From an uncultured Campylobacter sp. (GTDB lineage Bacteria > Campylobacterota > Campylobacteria > Campylobacterales > Campylobacteraceae): a DNA stretch of 64,000 nt. The stretch spans positions 26,013 to 90,012 of the forward strand of contig CAURGM010000001.1 of NCBI GenBank assembly GCA_963524395.1, read 5' to 3'. The notes beneath the pieces are model-generated. The model was not told where the DNA came from, searched no databases, and saw only the letters and a program-made list of their open reading frames with translations. Below are positions 58,492 through 64,000 of the stretch, piece by piece. The translations under genes and the position numbers were made by a program. Each line of letters starts with the position of its first letter. Position 1 is the stretch's first letter.

Positions 58492-59084
58492 ATCCAAATT
58501 TGATCTCGCTAAATTTTAAAATTTGCGGGGTCTTATTAAATTTATCTTCTTACTTTGCATTCTTGCGCCAGGATTTTAAATTTGGATTGACTCTTTACTT
58601 CTAAATTTAAAACCTCGACAGATTGTGCCATGCTGATAAATCTAGTTTAAATTTAAATCCGCCTATATAAACTACTCAAAATTTTAAATTGCGCCGAAGC
58701 GATTATGCCCCTTAGTAAGATAAATTTATTCATACGAAGCTACTGTGTTAAAAACATCGCATATTAATCCCATGCTAGTTTAATAATTATTGCAAGCCGC
58801 AGGATGCACGAAATCAATAGAGTAAAGCTGTTTTCGCGCTGCCGCTTGTAATGCCTTCAATAGTTTAAAATATACACGTCCACAAAAGCGAAAATGATTC
58901 TTAAAGCAGATAAAATCAAAAACTGTGCAAAATTTCTCCAAAACAACTTGATGATTAAGGATTAGCGTTACAAAATTTTACTTATTTAGAGCGACTCTTG
59001 ATTATATGTTGTACTTTATTTAAAATAATTTTTATAAAAATATCGATGGAATGGGGAATTATTAGTCAAATTTAATTCTATAAA

Positions 59085-59112
59085 AATACTTTAATAATTA
59101 ATATTAAATTTA
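59085..59112 (+). promoter_or_regulatory. Possible Fur-box-like AT-rich dyad upstream of the TonB-dependent receptor
   Basis: TAATAATTAATATTAAATT overlaps the -35 position relative to TATAAT at 59125-59130. Confidence 0.25.
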
Positions 59113-59162
59113 TCCGCTTTGAGTTATAATCCGCGATTAAATTTCAAAATAGAGGAACAAAA

Positions 59163-61286
59163 ATGCAAAAAGATATGTATTTTAAAAAGGTGAAATTTAT
59201 CGCATTATCTATATGCGCGAGCGTTTCGATTTTATGCGGCGTCGAAGGCTCACACCTAAGCAGTGACGCAAATAGCACGAATCTTGGCGAGATCGTAGTA
59301 AGCGCTAGCGGCTTTCGCCAAGATATCAGGCAGGCGCCGGCCTCCATCTCCACCTTGGATAATAAAGAGATATCAAGCGGCAGATTCACTTCGCTACACG
59401 ATATTGCGAATAAAATGCCGGGCGTCAGCGTTATTGCAGGCGATGATGGCCCGGCAAGCGGAATCTCGATAAGAGGCATGGAGAGCTCTAAAACGCTCGT
59501 GCTTATAGACGGCAAACGTGTAAGCTCGGCTGCGGCAAATCCAAAAGGCGGCGCGGGCGATATGAACTCAAATTTTATCCCGCCCGCAGGAGCGATAGAG
59601 CGTATCGAGGTGATTAGAGGGCCGATGAGCTCGCTTTACGGGAGCGATGCAGTAGGCGGCGTGATAAATATCATTACGAAAAAGAATTTTTCTAAATTTA
59701 GCGGAAGCGCTGCTATATCTACAACTATCCAAGATCACGAAGGTATCGGAGACGGCAAGATGGGCGAAGCCTACGTCAATATTCCCTTCGGGCAGTATGC
59801 GGCACTTCAGCTGTGGGGATATAAAAAGCTGCGCGACGAGGATGGCTATAAGGGAGGCTATCAGAAGAGTGATAAATCGGATTCTAACGCCAAACTTTGG
59901 CTAACGCCGGATGAAAATAATAAATTTTACTTTCAAACCGGAAGACAAAATCATGATTATTCAAGGACCCTTGGTAAAACCGCCGTTTATCCCAATGCGC
60001 GTGGATTAAATCACTATAAATATAAAAGAGAAAATCACGGCGTCGGATATTTGGGCGAGTTTGAAAGCTTAAGCGCTGATATAAGTTATTTTTGGGATAA
60101 GACTCGCCGTACGAGCATTTTTGATAGCCTTTCTCCCGCAATCGTAAAAAATAGAAATTTTAATTCCAAATTTACGACTTATCTCGGTATAAATACGCTT
60201 ACCTTCGGCTATGATTTTAGCAAACAGGATGTGCAAACGACTTTCATCGTTTCAAACGCGAGCAGGCAAAATTTACGCTCTCCGCAGCGATTTTCTATGA
60301 ACGAGCATGCGGGATTTTTAGAGGACGAGATTGAAATTTTGGAAAATACGCTATTTTTGACGCTCGGCGGCAGACTCACGCACAACGAATACTTCGGCAA
60401 CCACTTTTCTCCTAGAGCCTACGCGACGTTTAATATAGGCGATACTTGGACGATCAAAGGCGGCGTTGCAACCGGTTATAAAACTCCCGACGTCAATCAA
60501 ATTTCGCTGGAAGTGGGCACGATTCAGGGCGGCTGGAGGATTATAGATTTTGGTAACAAGGATTTAAAGCCCGAGAAAAGCACGACCTACGAGATCGGGC
60601 TTTATTACGACAATGCAGACGATCTGCGCGGCAATATCACGCTATTTAAAAACGACTTCAAAGATAAAATTTTAGATACCGATGGCAGCAATATCAATAG
60701 GATTCCCGCTTACGGAGGCTGCGCCGGCGCGCCGAGCGTTAATTGCCCGGGTTGGGGAACGTATTTTAATATAGAAGGAGCCGAGGTTTACGGCGTTGAG
60801 CTGAGCGGCGATTACGATATTACTAAGAGGCTAAATTTCAAGGCGAACTACACCTATAGCCACTCCGAGATCGAAACCGGGGATCCTACGATCTATACGC
60901 CAAACGGCGCCGTTAAATTTAGCCAAACCAATCTTAGTAGGCTGGATGGCAAATCCCTGACCGCTACTCCGAAGCATGCTGCACATGCGACGCTTAGCTA
61001 TAGGCCTATCGCTCCGCTTTCTACCTTTATCGGTCTTAATTACGAAAGCGAGCTTACAAGCGTGCAATTCGGTCCGGGCAATAGGGTTAGCAAAAACGAC
61101 AAAAAGCTTTTTACTACGGATTTGGGCGCACAATACGATTTAAACGATAATCTGAGCCTAAATTTAACCGCTTATAATATCTTTGATAACGTCCGATACG
61201 ACGAGGGTCTCGCAGACGACGGCAATTACTATTGGTACCCCGAGGAGGGCAGGAGGTTTTGGTTTAAGGTAAACGCTAAATGGTAA
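59163..61286 (+). CDS. TonB-dependent outer-membrane receptor (siderophore type)
   Basis: Signal peptide, TonB-box-like LGEIVVSA, plug motif IRGMESSKTLVLIDG and a C-terminal aromatic residue (FKVNAKW). Confidence 0.85.
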   Translation: MQKDMYFKKVKFIALSICASVSILCGVEGSHLSSDANSTNLGEIVVSASGFRQDIRQAPASISTLDNKEISSGRFTSLHDIANKMPGVSVIAGDDGPASGISIRGMESSKTLVLIDGKRVSSAAANPKGGAGDMNSNFIPPAGAIERIEVIRGPMSSLYGSDAVGGVINIITKKNFSKFSGSAAISTTIQDHEGIGDGKMGEAYVNIPFGQYAALQLWGYKKLRDEDGYKGGYQKSDKSDSNAKLWLTPDENNKFYFQTGRQNHDYSRTLGKTAVYPNARGLNHYKYKRENHGVGYLGEFESLSADISYFWDKTRRTSIFDSLSPAIVKNRNFNSKFTTYLGINTLTFGYDFSKQDVQTTFIVSNASRQNLRSPQRFSMNEHAGFLEDEIEILENTLFLTLGGRLTHNEYFGNHFSPRAYATFNIGDTWTIKGGVATGYKTPDVNQISLEVGTIQGGWRIIDFGNKDLKPEKSTTYEIGLYYDNADDLRGNITLFKNDFKDKILDTDGSNINRIPAYGGCAGAPSVNCPGWGTYFNIEGAEVYGVELSGDYDITKRLNFKANYTYSHSEIETGDPTIYTPNGAVKFSQTNLSRLDGKSLTATPKHAAHATLSYRPIAPLSTFIGLNYESELTSVQFGPGNRVSKNDKKLFTTDLGAQYDLNDNLSLNLTAYNIFDNVRYDEGLADDGNYYWYPEEGRRFWFKVNAKW

Positions 61287-62176
61287 GCCCAAAGAACTTC
61301 CTTGTGATATTCGACGCACTCTTTTTAGTATGCTTATTCGCTTGCGATCTGAGGGCAAAACCGCCGCAAAAGATTGAGCAGGCAAGTGGAGCTGCGCACG
61401 AAATGTTTAATGTGAGCGATTTTATTCTAAAAAGCAAGAACGGCGAAAAATATAAAATTTTTATAGCTCGCCAAAAAAATGTCGCTCGCTACGATAGGGT
61501 AGTTTTTATGGTTGATGCGAACGCGCAGTTTCCGATACTTTTAAACTCCTATGCGAAAATTTATGCGAATGGCGCAAAGCAAAACGCAAAAGCGGTGCCG
61601 AAATTAAGCAAAACCGTCCTTATAGTAGGCATCGGATACGACAGCCCGCTAGCGTATGATATTAAGCGTCGCACGAGAGATTTAACGCCCGCGGCGAGCG
61701 GCGAAGAATATGCAAACGGCGGCGGCGCAACAGAATTTTACGATTTCGTAAAAGATGAACTATTTCCGCTCGTGGAGAAAAAATACTCTACGGCAAAAAG
61801 CGATAAAATTTACTTCGGACATTCTTTTGGCGGGCTATTCGGGATTTATGCTTTGCTGCGCGACGATGGGATTTTCGACGGGTTTTTTATCGCCTCACCT
61901 TCGTTGTGGTGGGGCGAATCACAGCTGATCAGAGATGCCCTAGACGAGGGAAAGCTTAGATCAAATTTAAAAGCAAAATTCATAATGCTCGTTGCTGGCT
62001 CGCGTGAAATGCGTAAAGGGAAAACCGATAAAGCGGAAATTTTAAAAGCGGCCGATCTAGCTGAAATTTTAAAAGCACGGGGGCTTTCTTGCGAGTTTAA
62101 GCTCTACGAAGGCGCTTCGCACGGCGAAGTAATCCCATTGGCTTTGCGAGATTTAGCGCTATTTACGCAAAGATAA
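61280..62176 (+). CDS. Secreted alpha/beta-hydrolase, putative siderophore (enterobactin-type) esterase
   Basis: GHSFGGLF nucleophile elbow. Esterase PF00756-like layout. 7-nt overlap with the receptor gene. Confidence 0.6.
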   Translation: MVSPKNFLVIFDALFLVCLFACDLRAKPPQKIEQASGAAHEMFNVSDFILKSKNGEKYKIFIARQKNVARYDRVVFMVDANAQFPILLNSYAKIYANGAKQNAKAVPKLSKTVLIVGIGYDSPLAYDIKRRTRDLTPAASGEEYANGGGATEFYDFVKDELFPLVEKKYSTAKSDKIYFGHSFGGLFGIYALLRDDGIFDGFFIASPSLWWGESQLIRDALDEGKLRSNLKAKFIMLVAGSREMRKGKTDKAEILKAADLAEILKARGLSCEFKLYEGASHGEVIPLALRDLALFTQR

Positions 62177-62345
62177 TTTTCTATTTAGCTGGTAAAGCCT
62201 TAATCTAAACCCGGCTCGTTTATATTTGCAAGCGTAAGACCGAGTGGCGCAGGCTCGCTGATCGCGCCGAAACGCGTCGCTGGATTTAAGAAATTAAATT
62301 TTAAAGCTCTTTTGGCTAGTATCGCACAAATTTAAAGGATGGAAA

Positions 62346-62597
62346 ATGCAAAGTTTCAAATGGCAGATTTCAAAACGGCTCAAACAGGCGATGCGCGAGC
62401 GAGATATCGATAATCTCACGCTCGTGCGCCGCACTGACGAGCTGTATTCGCGCTCACACCCGGGCCATGACGAGGATATGCGCGCCGAAGTTTACACGGT
62501 TTTGGACGAATACGCGCCCAACGTCGATATTGAAATTTTTGATCTAGTCTGCAGGGTACTCGGCGTCAAAATCGAGCTAGGCGAGACGCTTGATTGA
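62346..62597 (+). CDS. Small hypothetical protein (83 aa)
   Basis: ORF with an AAAGGATGG RBS-like sequence upstream. No family recognised. Confidence 0.4.
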   Translation: MQSFKWQISKRLKQAMRERDIDNLTLVRRTDELYSRSHPGHDEDMRAEVYTVLDEYAPNVDIEIFDLVCRVLGVKIELGETLD

Positions 62598-62797
62598 GTA
62601 GTCGTAGCCGAATTTTATCCGTGCCGCAAGGCTAAATTTAGCGCTACGATAAATCGTAAAATTCTACTTAAAGCCTAGCTACAGAGCTTGCTTAAGTAAA
62701 TTTTGCCGCAAAATTTCGCCCAAAATCCGCAAGATTAATATCTATTTTAACTGCAAAGTGCTAAATTTAGCGCTAAAATTTTAATCCGAGGTAAGCT

Positions 62798-63256
62798 TTG
62801 AACTACTTAATCCAATTTAGTGTGATTTTAGGGATATCTTTTGTTGCGGAGATTTTGGCGGCGCTCGTGCCTGTGCCGATCCCCGCTAGCATCTACGGGC
62901 TAGTCATTATGCTTTTAGCCCTGATCTTCAAACTCATCAAAGTATCACAGATCAGAGAAACCGTGTCGTTTTTTATGCAGATTATGCCTGTGATCTTCAT
63001 CCCGGCGGGTGCCGCGATCATCATCGCAGGCGACGCGCTACGCCAGCATCTTTTCGCAATCATCGCCATTACAGCAGTCTCTACGGTAGTAGTCATCGGT
63101 GCAAGCGGCGCGGTAACGCAAATTTTTTATAAAATCGCCCTCGCCCGCGTTAAGCGCAGACTCTACGCAGCCGCACACGAACAAGACGGCATGAATACAA
63201 AGGGCGTGGATGCGAAGCTGGAGCGCGAAATTTTATCCGGAGACGACAAAAAATGA
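62798..63256 (+). CDS. lrgA: CidA/LrgA-family holin-like protein
   Basis: 4-TM small protein with a TTG start after a GAGGT RBS. Paired with an LrgB-like gene. Confidence 0.7.
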   Translation: MNYLIQFSVILGISFVAEILAALVPVPIPASIYGLVIMLLALIFKLIKVSQIRETVSFFMQIMPVIFIPAGAAIIIAGDALRQHLFAIIAITAVSTVVVIGASGAVTQIFYKIALARVKRRLYAAAHEQDGMNTKGVDAKLEREILSGDDKK

Positions 63257-63945
63257 GAGAAATTTTAATGAACTCCGCTTTTTTTGGCGTGTTTTTATGC
63301 CTAGGCTCGTTTGAGCTGGGGCTTTATCTAAAAAAGCGCTTTAAGCTAACGATTTTCAACCCGCTTCTAATCGGCATCGTGCTTACCGTCTGCGTGCTTT
63401 TACTCTTTAAAATTCCATATGAGAAATTTAACACAAGCGCCTCACACATTAGCTTTTTCTTAACGCCGATTACCGTCTGTCTAGCCGTGCCGCTATACGA
63501 GCAGCTGGCGCTTTTGCGAAGTAATTTTTTAGCTATTTTTGCAGGACTGATTTCGGGTATGATCGCAGGGCTAGGCAGCATCTACGCGATGTCGGTGATA
63601 TTTGGGCTAAATCACACAATGTATGTCACGCTACTACCGAAATCCGTCACAGCGCCGATCGGTATGGGTATCAGCGAAAGCTTAGGCGGCATCGTGACAC
63701 TAACGGTAGCCTGCATCATCGCTACGGGCATCATCGGCAGCGTATTTGGCGAGGCACTACTTAAAATTTTTGGCATCAAAAAGGCGATGGCAAAAGGTAT
63801 CGCCCTAGGCTGCGCGAGCCACGCGATGGGAACGGCGCGCGCTCTTGAGATCGGCGACGTGGAGGGGGCGATGGCGTCTTTAGCAATGGCGGTTACAGGG
63901 CTTCTTACCGTCATCGGTGCCGGTATTTTTGCACATTTCATCTAA
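63253..63945 (+). CDS. lrgB: CidB/LrgB-family membrane protein
   Basis: 230-aa polytopic protein. LLPKSVTAPIGMGISE motif is typical of LrgB. Confidence 0.75.
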   Translation: MREILMNSAFFGVFLCLGSFELGLYLKKRFKLTIFNPLLIGIVLTVCVLLLFKIPYEKFNTSASHISFFLTPITVCLAVPLYEQLALLRSNFLAIFAGLISGMIAGLGSIYAMSVIFGLNHTMYVTLLPKSVTAPIGMGISESLGGIVTLTVACIIATGIIGSVFGEALLKIFGIKKAMAKGIALGCASHAMGTARALEIGDVEGAMASLAMAVTGLLTVIGAGIFAHFI

Positions 63946-63954
63946 GGAGAAAAT

Positions 63955-64000
63955 ATGATAATCTCGATCGCTAGACAAACGGGCGCAGGCGGGCGCGAAA
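63955..64000 (+). CDS. 5' fragment of a cytidylate kinase-like family protein
   Basis: MIISIARQTGAGGRE matches the N-terminal P-loop-like start of this family. Truncated by the window edge. Confidence 0.4.
   Translation, partial: MIISIARQTGAGGRE

Overview
The window looks like a Campylobacter-type (Campylobacterota) chromosome. That call is an inference from protein motifs, the rpmH-rnpA-yidD-yidC-jag-mnmE gene order, and a pervasive AAATTT-rich intergenic signature; no database search was possible. Positions 1 to about 8900 are an AT-rich integrated mobilizable element that abuts the 3' end of a tRNA-fMet gene. It carries a MobA/VirD2-type relaxase, a prim-pol-like primase, a RepA/AAA_25-type helicase, an AlpA/Xis-like HTH protein, a divergent XRE repressor and three small acidic cargo proteins. 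No integrase is visible in the window. The element also contains a 135-bp highly structured direct repeat bracketing the 4-kb primase-relaxase module, five iterons at an exact 20-bp period, and an oriT-like palindrome. The remaining ~55 kb is GC-richer core genome. It encodes tRNA-fMet, tRNA-Gln and tRNA-Arg, a type IV pilin-like gene, aguBA, an NSS transporter, msrAB, purH and purL. It also holds four paralogous lipoproteins around a Clp-fold SDH protease, djlA, a 9-gene LOS/glycan cluster (lpxL to GT2), and mnmE-jag-yidC-yidD-rnpA-rpmH. Further along are macAB-tolC, glmU-coaBC-uppS, a prepilin peptidase, lptF/G, truA, a TAXI-TRAP transporter, a TonB-dependent receptor with an esterase, and lrgAB. 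The most unusual observations are: (1) the structured 135-bp repeat pair; (2) long in-frame low-complexity expansions in several housekeeping genes (aguB, GT4, ELM1-like, mnmE, truA) whose DNA carries the same AAATTT(T)A motif as the intergenic repeats; (3) a 1.6-kb gene desert with about 25-28 same-orientation motif copies plus a ~200-bp tandem duplication; and (4) the lipoprotein paralogue cluster. All functional calls rest on motif recognition by eye.
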